In this document: positions 23,124 through 36,637 of the stretch, in pieces
How the letters are laid out: each line of letters opens with the position of its first letter
How positions within the stretch are numbered: position 1 is the stretch's first letter
Origin: Chlorokybus atmophyticus
Lineage: Eukaryota > Plantae > Mesostigma and Chlorokybus algae
Reading direction: 5' to 3'
DNA length: 64,000 nucleotides
NCBI GenBank assembly: GCA_009103225.1
Contig: RHPI01002069.1
Location: 1,155,389 to 1,219,388, forward strand
Notes under the pieces: model-generated
The model's database searches: none
What the model saw: the letters and a program-made list of their open reading frames with translations, nothing else
Told to the model about the DNA's origin: nothing
Position numbers and translations under genes: made by a program

Positions 23124-25894
23124 ATGGATCCCTACAAGGTGAGTTCTCATGCCTGTGCTGGTTGGTTCTGATTTGCTTCCGAGCTAGGGCTTTCTGCCGC
23201 TGGTCCCCGCATGTTGCAAAAGCCGTCGGCGCTTAGCTCTCGTTGCTGTCGGGTTGCGTGAAAGCGTCCTACATTTTGAGCGACGTTGCATGGCTGTGGT
23301 TTCCCAGGCCGTTCCGCCGGTAGCAACATGCACATCATGTGCGTGATTGTGTGCATGTCGTTGTGATTGTTAGTGTAGCTTGCTCTGCGCATGTGCGTAC
23401 CCTGTGCAGTGCAACTGGCCGGTGGGACGTCTAAATCAGCGATTGTGTGCTAGGCTCGGTTGCAATGCTTGCAGTGTGCGTCTGGGAATTTCAAGGGCGT
23501 CTTTTTGCTCCATGGCTGCGTGCGGTTCTTGTCAACCATTTGGCCATCCACTCATTGTATTTTCATTCGCAGTATCGTCCTTCCAGTGCGTACAACACTC
23601 CATACTACACAACCAACACTGGTGCTCCGGTCTGGAACAATCTCAGCTCCTTGACTGTTGGCCCCCGAGGTATGTTGTGCTTGGCAACATAACAGCATTG
23701 GTGTACTTAAGGCATGCTGTCACCACGGTCTCTCCTTCAAGTTCAGTGCGGCACTCATTGGGTTGTGGACGCAGAGGGCAATGTGTGCATAGTCGCATGC
23801 ATGGCCTTGCATGCCTGCAAAAACAATCACTTTGTCTCAATCAATCCACTGCACAAATATGCAGCATGGTTGTTGAGTGAGGAGATTGCAATGGTCGACC
23901 GAGCAGTTGGAGATTTGCCAAGTATTCGTTTGCAGGTCCTGTGCTGTTGGAAGACTACCAGTTTGTGGAGAAGATTGCCAACTTCGATCGCGAGAGGATT
24001 CCGGAGCGTGTTGTGCATGCACGTGGAGCAGTCGCCAAGGGCTTCTTCGAGGTTACGGCAGATGTCACCAATTTGACGTGCGCAGACTTCCTCCGTGCAC
24101 CTGGGGTTCAGACGCCTGTCATTCTTCGTTTTTCCACTGTCATCCACGAGCGGGGATCTCCAGAGACTCTTCGTGATCCTCGTGGTTTTGCTGTCAAGTT
24201 CTACACACGAGAGGTAAGTGCTTTCCAAGTGTGCTTTGTTAGGCTTTGCCCTTAGGTCGTGTTTTGATAATCATGTTCGGGGCCGTGGGAGGGGAGTAGT
24301 CGTTACAGCGTTTACTGGATTGATTCTTGCATGTGTCTATGCTTATATGGTGCGACTGTGTGGGCTGCTGGTTGATACTAGGTGTACGCAGTGTTGCACA
24401 GTTGTGTATAGTGGTCGCAGCATCAATTATATGGCTGCAAGCTTGTCTCCTATTGTCTGGATGTGTATGGGCAGTGAGTGCGCATCTTCAACAATTTGTT
24501 GTCTTGTTGCAGGGCAATTTTGATATGGTTGGCAACAACATCCCGGTCTTCTTCATCCGTGATGGCATGCAGTTCCCTGATATGGTGCATGCGCTGAAGC
24601 CAAACCCCAAGAGCCACATCCAGGAGGACTGGCGGATTATGGATTTCTTCTCTCACCACCCAGAGAGCTGCCACATGTTCACCTGGCTGTTTGATGATAT
24701 GGGCATTCCTCAGGACTACCGCCACATGTTCGGGTTTGGTGTGCACACCTTTAGGCTCATCAACCGCGAGGGGAAGGCCACATATGTCAAGTTTCACTGG
24801 ATCCCCAAGCAGGGCATCAAGTGCCTGCTGGATGATGAGGCTGTCCTCATTGGCGGAGCCAATCACAGCCATGCGACCAAGGTAGAACTTGTTTATTGCA
24901 GCTGACATCGATTTGCTGCCTGGCTGTTGTTTCATTCCTGGCATTTGTGGGTTAACAATTGCCCTGTTAACTTTAATCGTACATTTTTACGGATTTCTCT
25001 TTCACATTGCTGACCACATATATGTGCAGGATTTGTATGATGCCATTGCTCGTGGAGATTACCCAGAGTGGAAGTTGTGCATCCAGACCATGGACCCTGC
25101 TGATGAGATGAAGTTCGACTTTGACCCTCTGGATGACACCAAGATCTGGCCTGAAGATCAGTTCCCATTGATGGAGATTGGACGCCTGGTCCTGAATCGT
25201 AACCCAGACAACTTCTTTGCTGAGAACGAGCAGGTTGCATTCTGCCCTGGTCTCATTGTCCCAGGTATCTACTACACGGACGACAAGATGTTCCAGACTC
25301 GTGTGTTCTCGTACTCGGACACCCAGCGCCATCGCCTTGGACCCAACTACCTTCAGCTGCCTGTGAATGCGCCCAAGTGTGCGCACCACAACAACCACCA
25401 TGAGGGTTTCATGAACTTTATGCATCGTGATGAGGAGGTGAACTACTTCCCGTCGCGCTTTGACAATGTGCGGCATGCTGAGAAGCATCCCATTCCTTCC
25501 GCCACCCTGCACGGGCAGCGCGAGCGGGTAAGCGCAGTACTCTGGTTGTGTATGCTTTCTGTTGGTGCCTGGTTGAGCACTGGTTGAGTCTGCAGCAGTG
25601 GCAAATCCAGTTGCAAGTTTTGGTTTTGGTTTTGTTTGTCTGTGGTCAATTGTTAGTCTGTGCTTTTCACAGGTGTTTATTGAGAAGGAGAACAACTTCC
25701 AGCAGCCTGGAGAGCGCTTCCGCTCGTGGCCTGCTGATCGTCAGGAGCGTTTCATCAACCGGTTTGCCTCGGCACTGTCGGACCCGCGTTGCACTCACGA
25801 GATCCGGCGCATCTGGATTGGCTATTGGTCGCAGTGTGATGCTTCCCTGGGCCAGCGGATTGCCAAGCGTCTCAACATGAAGCCCAACATGTAG
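23124..25894 (+). CDS. CAT: Catalase, plant clade 1 type (6 exons; 492 aa)
   Basis: [13 protein letters not shown]..., [54 protein letters not shown]; exons 23124-23138, 23573-23669, 23936-24213, 24513-24881, 25030-25527, 25673-25894 sum to 1479 nt. Confidence 0.98.
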
Positions 25895-26226
25895 TTTCCT
25901 GATCTTCTCAATGTATAGAACTCTGAACCATAGCTTGTAGCCTGTCCTGTTGTCCGGCCAGTCACCCAGAGCATGGAATTGCAACAGACTAGTACTTGGA
26001 ACCATAGCTTGTAGCCTCAAGGCTGGTGTTTGTCATAATATCATGGTTGTACCCAGCGGCCGTTGCCTTTGCATGGGTATGTACACAAAATGCAAGACGT
26101 ATGCGCATGCATAGAATATGCGACGCACCCCACTCGCATGTCTGCTACATACAAAACCACGGGGTGTGTACTGGGTAGGCAGCTGCGGGGTGCTATACCA
26201 TACATGTTGCAGGTGTGTTCACACGT

Positions 26227-26436
26227 GCGCTCAGTTGGTAGATATGCACATTCACATGCACAGCAGCCATCAATCACCTATTAGCACAATCAAGTTACCA
26301 CCGCTAGGCTACATGCTTCATCAACTACACCGCCCGGCATGTTTGCATGCGCACTCAGTTGGTAGACATGCACATTCACATGCAGAGCAGCCATCAACCA
26401 CAGCTATTAGCACAATCAAGTTACCATCGCCAGGCT
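26227..26436 (+). repeat. Local ~85-bp direct repeat pair (26227-26310, 26350-26436) downstream of catalase
   Basis: CTCAGTTGGTAGA(T/C)ATGCACATTCACATGCA...CTATTAGCACAATCAAGTTACCA present twice. Confidence 0.85.
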
Positions 26437-28437
26437 AAGTGTATTATTAACTAAACCCACTCACCCCACATGCATAGCCCCTTCGCAGCAGCCAGTCATA
26501 CTTGCCACAGCGCCGTCTTGTGTGCGCGAGTGGCATGGCATACGCAAGGACAATAGCATGATTGACACAGCAAATCCAACTACATAGAGCGTACACATGG
26601 CAAACAATGGCAGTGGATGGGTGTTGAGGTAAAATGGGGATTGGGTGAAGGAGGTGGTGCCAATAAGCAAAAAGTCAGCGATAGTCAGCAAGAAAGCAAA
26701 GCATAGCATAGAAGTGTACCGGGCCCTTTAGCAACACGTGCGTGACTGGAAGCAGCATCAAGAACACAGCACCGCACCTGCCACGCAGTGCGCATGTTGC
26801 AATGACAAGTATGCGATCAATGTAATCGCAACATATCGCTATTATTTTCGCGCTAGCCAGAATGTGAGCACGATGGCAGGGTAAGACATGTCAGTGTCAG
26901 TGCGCGGTGCTAGCGTGACATGCGCTGCAACTTGCAACTACAATTGTACATTGCACTTGAACATATCAACAAGCGTGTGACAGCTTAATTGATGTCAAAT
27001 TGTGCTGTGCTCTATGTGTGCGATTGTGGTGTGTGGCTAGGCATGCTTGAGATGATAAATGAACAGTTAAATCTGTATTGTGATAGAGTGGGAAGTGAAA
27101 TGGTACCACCGGTATAGCTATGCTATGCCTCCCCGTATCCCCACCCCGCAGCATAAACAATACAAAGCATAGTGTAGCCATCAAGGTACACTATGTAATT
27201 AAGTAGATTATGCCTCTTGCATCTTATCATACGCTATCTGTATTACAATCAAAGGAGTACAAGCAATTATCATATGAATGTGTCTAGGTCTCCATACTCG
27301 TCGTCACAACATCATCAATTGCAACCACGTTGTAATCAACACTAATGTTATGACTAGCAACATTTGCTGTGCTATCACTAGCAACCAACAGCGGCACAAA
27401 ATCAACATTCAAACCTTGTTGTAAGCGCATCATTGATGGCCGGCATTGATGTGCATTTAGCGAGGTGTGCCTCGCTTCATGCACAATGTGCCTACAGCGA
27501 GATTTCCCGTCTTGCATGCACATTGTGCATACTGCGACGACCTCTTTGTATGCGCATCGTGCTTGCATAAAGGGAAGCAATAGATTTTGGACAGTTACCC
27601 TCGCTGTACACGTTTGCACAACATAACTGTTTCAGCTGTGCTTAGATGAAGTGCGGTGCTTACACATGGTGGTACTTTGCCATATGCCGTTGTGTTCCCA
27701 TGCATAACGTGCATTCAGGTTGTGCACATGCTGCAGTGTACATACAGACAGGTTAGACTGTACTGACTTGGTACAATTAAGCCTTGGCAACATGGTATCT
27801 GAGTATAAAACCCATCTATGGTTCAGTAATCCTACCTACATTGTGTAACACGTTCGCTGCACACGTGCCCTTGGAGGATAGGGATAACACAGGGCAGCTG
27901 CTGACTACAGCTCTGTGCGCTAGCTGAGTGCAGTGCATGTGGCGAAATGGGCAGGAATGGACGGGAAGTTGCCAAAGCAGTACAGATAGCATACCTGGAG
28001 CCAAAGGTAGTTGGCTGTTTAGTGCTCGGGGAGTGGTGGTTCAGAGGGTGGAGAGGGTGCAGTGCAATGATGTGCTGCGCGCCTGTGTATCTGCCGTTGT
28101 CCCGCCAACTGTCCACCGACTGCTCTGTCGAATGATCATGCCTGTTAGTAGAGTCCACCGGCTTATTCAGCCACACATCGAGAAGCTTGCACATGCATTA
28201 GAGTAGTGCAGATAAAGGCGTCCACTTGTCCCTCAACACCCTCGTCACCCTTATGACGCCATCAACATCAGGAACGGTCACTGCGCTTCCATTTGCATGT
28301 CGCAACTACACCACGTTATTGTAACAAAATAACGCTTGTGCAGTCTGCGACACGGCAACAATAGATGAAGCATACATATAATTTTGACTCCAGCGGACTA
28401 CTACACACATTCTATAAGCAATCAAACTACTAAGACA

Positions 28438-31400
28438 CTACATATCGCTGTGCGGGCGGAACCGGCTCACAACATCAGCAAGCACTACTTGCGTGGCCTG
28501 CAGCTCGCCTTGCATCTGCTGGATGAGCTCCCACAGCTGCTCATCAGTCATGGTGCTGATATCCCTAGTAATGAGGTCTTCACTCTCGTCCCACCCGCCC
28601 GTATCCGCATGCAGGATAAGCGAGACCTCTTCCATGGCAGCCTCCACAGTGAGGTTCCCTGCCGCGTCCTTGTTGTCATCGAAGTCATCCGTGAAGGAGT
28701 ACCGCTTCTTGATTTCCTCTGTGGGCGCAAACTCCGTGCTATCGACACGCAGGTTGGGATCAATGTCTTCCAGGTCCTTCATATTGATGTGCATCTTCGC
28801 CGCAAGCCAGGTCCCGAACGCCTCCATCTTGGCTCTAGTCTGCGTGTACGCGTACGTGGCGCCGCGCGTGACGCCATGATAGATGATGCCCGGTATGTGT
28901 GTAGCCGCCACTACTCGCTTGCGGAACTGCTTCCAGGTCAGCTCCCTGTTGACATTCTTGGGGAGGTTCACTATCGTGTCTTTTGCCGTATACGGCAGGT
29001 CCAGCAGTTGTTCCTTTAGCGTCGGGTCGTCCTCCACAACCGGCTGGACCTCTCCTCGACCTTCCATGATCTGCAGGAACAGGTGTGTGTTACTTAAGCA
29101 GTGAGCTTTGTGTTGTTGTTGTCCACAGTGTGGTGGTCATGATCACGCAAAGCTCACCATCCCAAGCACCAAAGCCTGGTTTGCTGCTCGGCGCTCGACA
29201 CCATACTCTGCCAATCGGCCAATGCGCACTTTGTCTTCTCCCAAGACAGCCCCGTGTGCTTTGACCTGATAGAGCATTCATGTCAACGAAAAGTATTACA
29301 TGATGTTGCCTGCTGCGTGCCCATCCCAATGAGCACAACGCGTGTCATACTCAACAACAAAGTGGTGATATCAGACCTGGTGATGGCGATACTGTTCTTC
29401 AACAAAACGATCCTTGAAGGACTTGGTGACTCCTAACCCATCATCACCGGTGTACTTGATGTGCTTGGTCTCCAGTACGTGCTTCCTTGTTTCGGCAGCC
29501 AGCAGTAGAAGAATAATCTGCATGGTGTGTGCGACATGTAGCATTATCATCCGCGCTTACACGAGCATACACAACATGTCATTCATAACTCACCCTCTTC
29601 CAGTTTTCCAGTGCACTCCTCTGGTCGTACAGTTTATTCAGCAGCTTGTCGTCATATCGGAGGCGCCTAATGCGCAGCTCGCCCTGCTTGACAATGAAGG
29701 TGAACAGCGAGACGCTGACGATATAAAGCCCACCCAACTTTTCCAAGAAGGTGAGGGCGCCTGCATGTTGTCCAACAGTCAACATCATGGCACCCTACTG
29801 GGAACTGCTCACACACTACAAAGAAAAGTAAGCTGCCAAGTCACCTAGGTTTCTTGAGTATTCTCGCTTGTAAAGCAGGTCGCTTGGGTAAGTGACATCC
29901 ATTACGATGCTGACACTTCCAGTGGCAAAGAGGTCCGCTTGCTGCATGCCAGAAAGGGAATACAGGCAGACATTGAAAACAAGAAACCATACATCATGAT
30001 AACGAGTCAGCGAAGCAGGGACCCCACTGCTGCTTGCTGGCACAAGAAGCAAAGCTACAGCGCTTTGCGCACAATGCAACCCATCCGGCAACTTACCGTG
30101 CTCACGGTGCTGCCGTAAGTGGTGGCGAGGTACAGCACTTCAAAAAGTTGAGCCTTCCCACTTCCCGCACTCGGCTGGTAGATGACAGGCAGGAGGTGGA
30201 ATATGCTTATGGTTGAAAGGGAGCCTCTAAATGAGGCGGGCCGGCTCTGCTCTGAGGCCAGAACCTGTGTGCATGCAAGAGTTTGTTGAGTTTGTTGAGT
30301 ACTACAGCTAGCAACTGGCTTGTTGGTTGCTAAACTATCTGGAGTACTCACCGTGCCAACCGTGCAAGACTCCTGCTGAACTTGGCCGACAGCATCTACA
30401 CAGAAGGAGAAGTTGTAACCAGCTATGGCAACTGGTGCGGCTGGGCTTGGAAGATCAAAAAAACTGAACTGGAATCGCGCTCCCTGTGAGAAAATCCAGT
30501 TAATGGGCCACTGATAATACCAACAATGCGCCAGCATGCATGAAACAACTCGTAGTAATAGCTAGGCTGCAGGCTTTTCACTTCAACAACTCGCACAGAC
30601 GCAAGCACACGCCAACAAGCTTTCAACCGTATGTGTGTACCACCCAGCAATCCTTTTTGTTAGGCATCATCGACACGCCACTGCCATAGCAACAAACTCT
30701 CACCTCAGCGAGTTGACCACAGCTCAGGCACGTGAAATTTACAAATAGCACGCCGTCATTTGAGTAGACGTCTGTGTGAGCCCAACAATCAGCATCTACA
30801 TCATGCAACAAGCGAAGCAGTGGTAAACATATATCCATCATGACACACTTTGCGTGAGACGCGGGTCGCTGAATACAGAGCTGTTGTCGCTGGACTGCGT
30901 CACGACTCGAAATTGGTAAGCCGCTTCATCAACGTTGCCGAAGAACGCGGCATTGAAGTGGTAATCCACCACCGTTTGGTTCAAGTCCGCCCTGGTCAAC
31001 ACCTGGACTTTCTGGACAACCAGAAGCTCGTACCGGAATAACTCTAGAAGCAATCTGCATTGCATGCACGTATTGGCCAACAGTCATGCTCATGCGGTTT
31101 CATGTATACATTGATGCAGTCTGCAAAGCATGGAATAGCAAACCAACATACCCAATAAGAGCCCCTGTGAAGAAGATGTATGAGGCCACCGTCACACAAC
31201 CGCCATACTCCGTGAACCGCTTCACATTGGTTTTCTGCGCAGCATCACATTATATTCAGCATCAACATACTGTATGCATGCCGTTGTGTACAGTCTGATC
31301 ACCTGCTCGTCAATCCAATGCCTATTGCGGAAGCGAGTATCGAACCGCGACAGCTGATACCGGAACTTGAGCCAGAAGCCCTTCAGAGGCATGAAGCGTA

Positions 31401-31743
31401 GGAAGATGGCGAACGTGATGAAACCCACCAGCACGAGGGCAGTAATCTCGGTGGCGACAGCCTGCAGCTTCTTCGGCTCCTGGTCGTTGATGGTTCGGCC
31501 AGGCGGCTCCAAAAAACTGTAAGACGCCTGCCAGACAGATAATCAGATCGTACAACACCCATGCATACAATGTGCTGGCTGTTGAACGCGTGTCATGTGT
31601 ACCTCTAGTTCGCCTGTTGGTGATGGCTGCACTGCCGAGTAGTTGAAAGTGAGGCAGCAGCTCTGTGAACTCGGCACGAAATACGTGCCGGCAGGGCAGT
31701 AAGAGACGCCCTGGTAGAAGCTCTGCCCCTCGCACTGCGCCAT
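28438..31743 (-). CDS. Uncharacterised multi-exon membrane protein: three predicted TM helices, large Cys-containing loop between TM2 and TM3, long acidic C-tail
   Basis: Spliced frame MAQCEGQSFY..., TM ALVLVGFITFAIFLRF, LSRFD...KRFTEYGGCVTVASYIFFTGALIGLLLEL (TM), ~300-aa loop, YKREYSRNLGALTFLEKLGGLYIVSVSLFTFIV (TM), last exon 29067-28438; consistent GT-AG sites. Likely spliced 5' UTR exons upstream to ~32,900. Confidence 0.75.
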
Positions 31744-33322
31744 GGTGATGATGTATGTTTAACAGCTACTGCTACGCTTCAATGGCTGGGGTCTCAACTT
31801 CTGCGCCATCTGGCAAGCCGTTTGCTAATCTGCAAGACAGCATGTGTCACTGCATTGCTTGAGTTGATCATCAGCTGAGCGCATTCAGCTATTGCTGATT
31901 TGCAGAACAGTGCATTGTTCGACCGAAGACAGCTTCGATCAATTGGTATACAAAACGCTACGAACAAAGCTGGGGACACACTCACATCTTTGTTTCCTAC
32001 GTACGCGACTACAGGTCGGACGACAGCCAGGCGCATTGCAGCAGCAGGCTCAAACTTGCGCAGACATGAGCGTTGCAGAACTTGGCCGGCAACCAGACAG
32101 CAAACATGCCATAACCATAGCTCCCAACATTCATCTGTTCTAAAACACCAAGCATGAAAGGGGTCGCCCAAGCAGCCTAAGAGGCAAGCTGAGACCAATG
32201 GCACGACAGTTTGCCAACGCTTTTACCTGAGAATGTCGAAGCCCCTCATGCTCATGGTAGCGACGGCGACATTTCTGATGGCATGGCACCCGCAAGCAGA
32301 CTGCCACAGGACAGTCTTCAAGCGCCAGCCTGGCAGGCGCCCACCTGCATGCACGGCGACAGTGCCCACCTATCCTGCGACCAACACGGCATACCACCTC
32401 CTCAACCTCAACGCCTTTTCCTTCTCCTCGTCCTGCGTACAGAGCGCCTCACTCGCCCGACCGACCGCCAGCACGCCACGTGGCAGCAGCCCAGTAGCAC
32501 AGGCGACGGCACAATGTCGCCACTGTTCAGAACAGTCCGCTTCACGACTGTTTCGCTTTGTTCACATGACTCCCGAGTCTCAACTTGATTCACTCACCTG
32601 TTACCTGAAACAACAAACTGAGGCGAAGAGTTTGTTGCTACTGTGGGTATTGTTGTTGGTGGTGGTGTTGGTGGAGGCGGCGGTGGCATTGGCGCTGGCG
32701 TCGGTGCTCGCGCATCGACATGCAGGTGTAGTGGCTGAATGTCTGTTCGAAAATTTGTCCATTCCAGCCCTGGGCAGGGCTGCAGCAGCTCACCATCACA
32801 GCCATCAAGGTGAGCTGCCTGTGCTACTGTGCGTTTACGCAAGGTTGCCGTCCTGTGGGCGCTATCTGTCATTATGCTTGTAATCCGAAGCAAGCGATGA
32901 CAATCACGCAGTCACTGGGTCATAAAATCTCATTTGATTGGGATAACATTTTGTTCTTTGTCTCGGCATGCCTGACTGATGGTCAGTTAAGCATGCTTTT
33001 ACTCTCTTCTGCCTCGTTTGCATGTAGGGTAGATTGATAGCATATGAATGTTTGTAGCATGCGGTTGCATGCCAATTTGCTGTCGCTGTCATCAACAGCG
33101 CTGTTGGCACATCAAGCTCGTATTGTGGATCTTCTCAGCCCAACGCTCTGTGCTTGTGAATACAGCTCGCCTGTAACATACAAAGTAAGTTGAGACCGCT
33201 GCATCAAGTGTACTCACCAGTGGCATGCAACTCTGTGAACAGGGAGAAAGCTTCTTCGGATCATGTGAAGACTACTGCCTGAGCTGCTGAGACACTGAGT
33301 GCGGACAACTGCACAGACAAGC

Positions 33323-36300
33323 ATGGAGCAGGCAGTGGCGAAAGATTCTCTTACCAATGGAGATTGCAGCAGCGTTACGTCCAACACATCCCAAGCAACA
33401 GCAACAGGAGATGTGGTGTCAACACCGCTGCAGCAAAGGAGAGGCCACATTGCGCGCAGGATGGCTGCGGCTTCATTGCTGATGGCGCTCGCAGTGTTGG
33501 TGCACGTTGCATTGTTCCCAAGGCTTCCTGAAGTCTCACAAGCATTGCAATATCAGCTGGACGCCCCTGACCCAGCGTACACGTTGTTGTACGAGCTCAC
33601 GCGCCAGCAGCAGCTAGAGTATCACGCGCGTCGCTCCCTCAGTGCAGTCGAGCCATTAATCAGCAATGGCATGCAGACAGACGTTCCAGAAGATCAGCAG
33701 GTGTGATTGTCAGATATGTTTGTTCATGACATTCAATGTTGTTTACGAACAAACATGATGTTAACAATGTGGTGTTTCAGATGAGGTTGTCTGTTGACAA
33801 TGATGTGGCAAAGGAGGTTTGCGACAGGCATTGGGCGCGTGGCTTGCACGAGTTGGTTGCGGATCGCCTTGCGGGTCTGAAAGTATTTGTGGCTATGAAC
33901 CTGCATGACAATGCACAGGTAACTCAGCCAGGTGCATCATGTATGGTGATGACAATGGCTGGAAGCTTGCCTGCGATCTTTGTTCGCAAGCATGTTGTGC
34001 TGTTGCAGTCAGTCTCTCCTATTCATCACAATATTGTGTCATACAGGTGGCAGCGCACATGACCAACCAGCTTCACCGGCTGCTCCTCATGCTGAAGCCA
34101 GAAAACTGCTTTGTATCCGTGTACGAAAGTGGCTCACACGACACGACTCCGGGACTTATGATTATCCTTCACAACCTGCTAAGGTGGCCTTTTACATGCA
34201 TGTGTGCGTGCACGAGGGTGATGTTATATACTTAACCAATTTCCATGACTGACGACTGTCTGTGCGTTGTTGCAACAAGCAGCTACATGAATGTTCCGCA
34301 CCGCATCATTGGCAGCTCCGGTGATGTGCGCGGCAGCAAGGAGCGGATAGACTTTCTGGCAAGTGTCCGCAATAAAGCAATTGAGCCGCTTATTGAGCCG
34401 GGCAGCATAAAGTATGACAAGGTAAGAGGAGGTTTACTGATGGTCAGGTGATCCTCCTGGCCTCTGCGTGCTTGTTTGCATGGCTGATAATTGACATGGG
34501 ACTTCTGCAGGTTCTCTTCCTGAATGACGTGTACAACTGTGCGGAAGACATGTTGGAGCTTCTGCTTCATGACGCTCACATGGTGTCTGGCTGGGACATC
34601 GGAAACATCGACTGGGGCAAGCGCAAATTGCGCTACTATGACTATTGGTGTGTGTGTGTGTGTCTTCTTTGCTACTTGGACTATCCTCGCTTTGTTTGCG
34701 TAGTACTTGTGGGTAGACAACCTGCATGGTTTACGGTTATGGCAGTGAGACGTGGTGAAGCATGACGGGTTGTGTGTGACAGGGTTGGGCGGGACATTGA
34801 CGGCTCGCAGATGACCATGTGGTGAGTAGGTTGCCAGTTAGCAAGCAGGGTACTTGCTGAAACAGCAAGCAGAACCCTACTCAATGTTGGCTCAGTGCGC
34901 TAATGCTGCGAGGGTTGACTGAACGTCGTACCTGTACCTTCGCAGGTACCCATGGGTGGAATCGCAGCCAAACAGAGGTCGCCTTGATGCAGGCCTTCCC
35001 ATCCCAGTCTACTGTACATGGAACGGAATGGTGGCCATCAATGCAGCGCTGTTTCAGGTACAACTGTGACACACGCACACGCAAACGCACGCGCGCATGC
35101 ACGCAACAAGCGCAGCATAAACATGTGCAAACTGCCATTGCGCCCATGAGGCATGCTGCGGCTATTGCGATGATCTGTAATACGTGTGGTTAAGAAGTTG
35201 TGTTTGCACTTGTGCAGAAGGACAAGTTGCGCTTTCGGTTCCGCAAGTGGCGAGGAGAGTGCTCGTCATCTGAAATGACGCACTTCTGTGATGACATGTG
35301 CGTTGCAGTTTGTCTGTTTCTAACCGCATGCCACCACAACTAGCCATTGAGTATGCACCTGTACTGTTACTGGCAGTTGGGCCAAGCACAAGGATGACAC
35401 ACGCATTGTAGCGGACCCGCGCGTGCTGGTAACGTATGGCATAAAGGAGTTCCTGGAGGTCGACCTCGCCAGGCAGAAGAAGACAATCTGGAGGCAGATT
35501 AGCTTTGACATCGGCATATATCCCAACCCGTGGAAACCAGACTATAAACCCGGTCAACCGCTTCTACAGTCGTTTCTCAACTCGCTCAACTACACGGATG
35601 TACCAGTAGTCGCCCCAGAGTTGGTTGTCTGCTGCCCAATGCAGGTAGTACCGTGTCTTGCGTTATTAAGCATGTACCATTTGCATGAAAGTGTCTTAGT
35701 CACAGTGATGTGCGTTTTTCAGTATAAGATTTGCAGTGTACACACCCAATCCGTACTTGCCCTCTCATCCCTGCAGGATGGCCACTCGTATGCTAATGAG
35801 GGAGCTACCTGCCACTGGGAGCCGACACTAACAGGGCTCATGCACGAAGACCCGTGCCCGCAAGGCAGGTGCATGCCGCGCGGCCTCTGCCCGGACGTGG
35901 CCAACCCGGGAGGCGGCAACACGCCCGTGTTCATCGCCATGACGCTTCACGAGGATAAAGACGTACCTGTTAGCCTTGGATGGCAGGTGTGTTGGAATGG
36001 CATGCTGGACAGGGTGTGTGTGCTGACATGCGACAGACTGCTGAGCGGATGGCATTACATGCGACAGATCTTTAAGTTGGCAGAGAAGCTCGGGCATCGC
36101 CTTCACGTGTCGTTGATCGCGCATGGCGAGAACAAGTGGCCTATCTGGCGGTCGCAGATTGCGAGCATCCTCTGGTCGCTCAGGATCCCCAGCCACCATG
36201 AACACGCACCACTGGACGAAGACTATGGCCTCATGCAGGTACACTGCCAGCATACGAACTTGCTGGGTCCCTGTCTACTATCTCAAAGCCACACACAGCA

Positions 36301-36637
36301 CCTCGATGTTTCACAAAGCATTGCGATACAACTGCAGCTGGGAAAATGTCATGCTTCTGCCTGTGCTGTATGTGGTGCATGTGTGGCAAGTGCAAGCTGT
36401 ACCATACGATGCTTATTATATGCTGCATTGATGCAAGTTACGCGCTGGCAGTGGACGGAGCTCAGGACGCTTTGCGGGAAGGTGTATGTGTTTCTGGTGG
36501 ACCCACACACGCCGTTCTGCGCGGCCCACGTACTAGCAAGCCTCTGGGATACGACTCCCTGCCTGCCGGCCGTCTTTACGCACAAAGGCCAGGACACAGG
36601 CATAAAGCGATGCCATTTCCAGGGCAAGCCTTGTTGA
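33323..36637 (+). CDS. CAP59/GT69-family (alpha-1,3-mannosyltransferase-like) type II membrane glycosyltransferase with a second partial domain; 3' end approximate
   Basis: N-terminal TM (SLLMALAVLVHVALF), KVFVAMNLHDN, FVSVYESGSHD, ERIDFLASVRNKAIEPL, VLFLNDV, YYDYWVGRD, PVYCTWNGMV, LRFRF...ECSSSE..FCDDMW are diagnostic of CAP59_mtransfer. Confidence 0.85.

Noticed and set aside
179-25894. APX plus catalase as an antioxidant gene cluster
   Set aside because: Separated by five unrelated genes over 21 kb; no shared architecture beyond a telo-box.
26873-28206. Possible small plus-strand gene (ATGGCAGG|GTAAGA at 26873; exon-like REVAKAVQIAYLEPK| near 27960-28006)
   Set aside because: Could not join exons into an open frame or recognise a family.
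28384-29019. 211-aa plus-strand ORF
   Set aside because: Antisense shadow of the last exon of the minus-strand membrane-protein gene.
32233-32893. 216-aa plus ORF and 99-aa Pro-rich minus ORF
   Set aside because: No recognisable domain; minus-strand splice sites suggest 5' UTR exons of the 31743 gene; could not build a consistent coding model.
35423-36637. 404-aa continuous ORF
   Set aside because: Reads through intron-like segments (e.g. 35645-35776, 132 nt, GT-AG); treated as spliced GT69 exons, not a separate gene.
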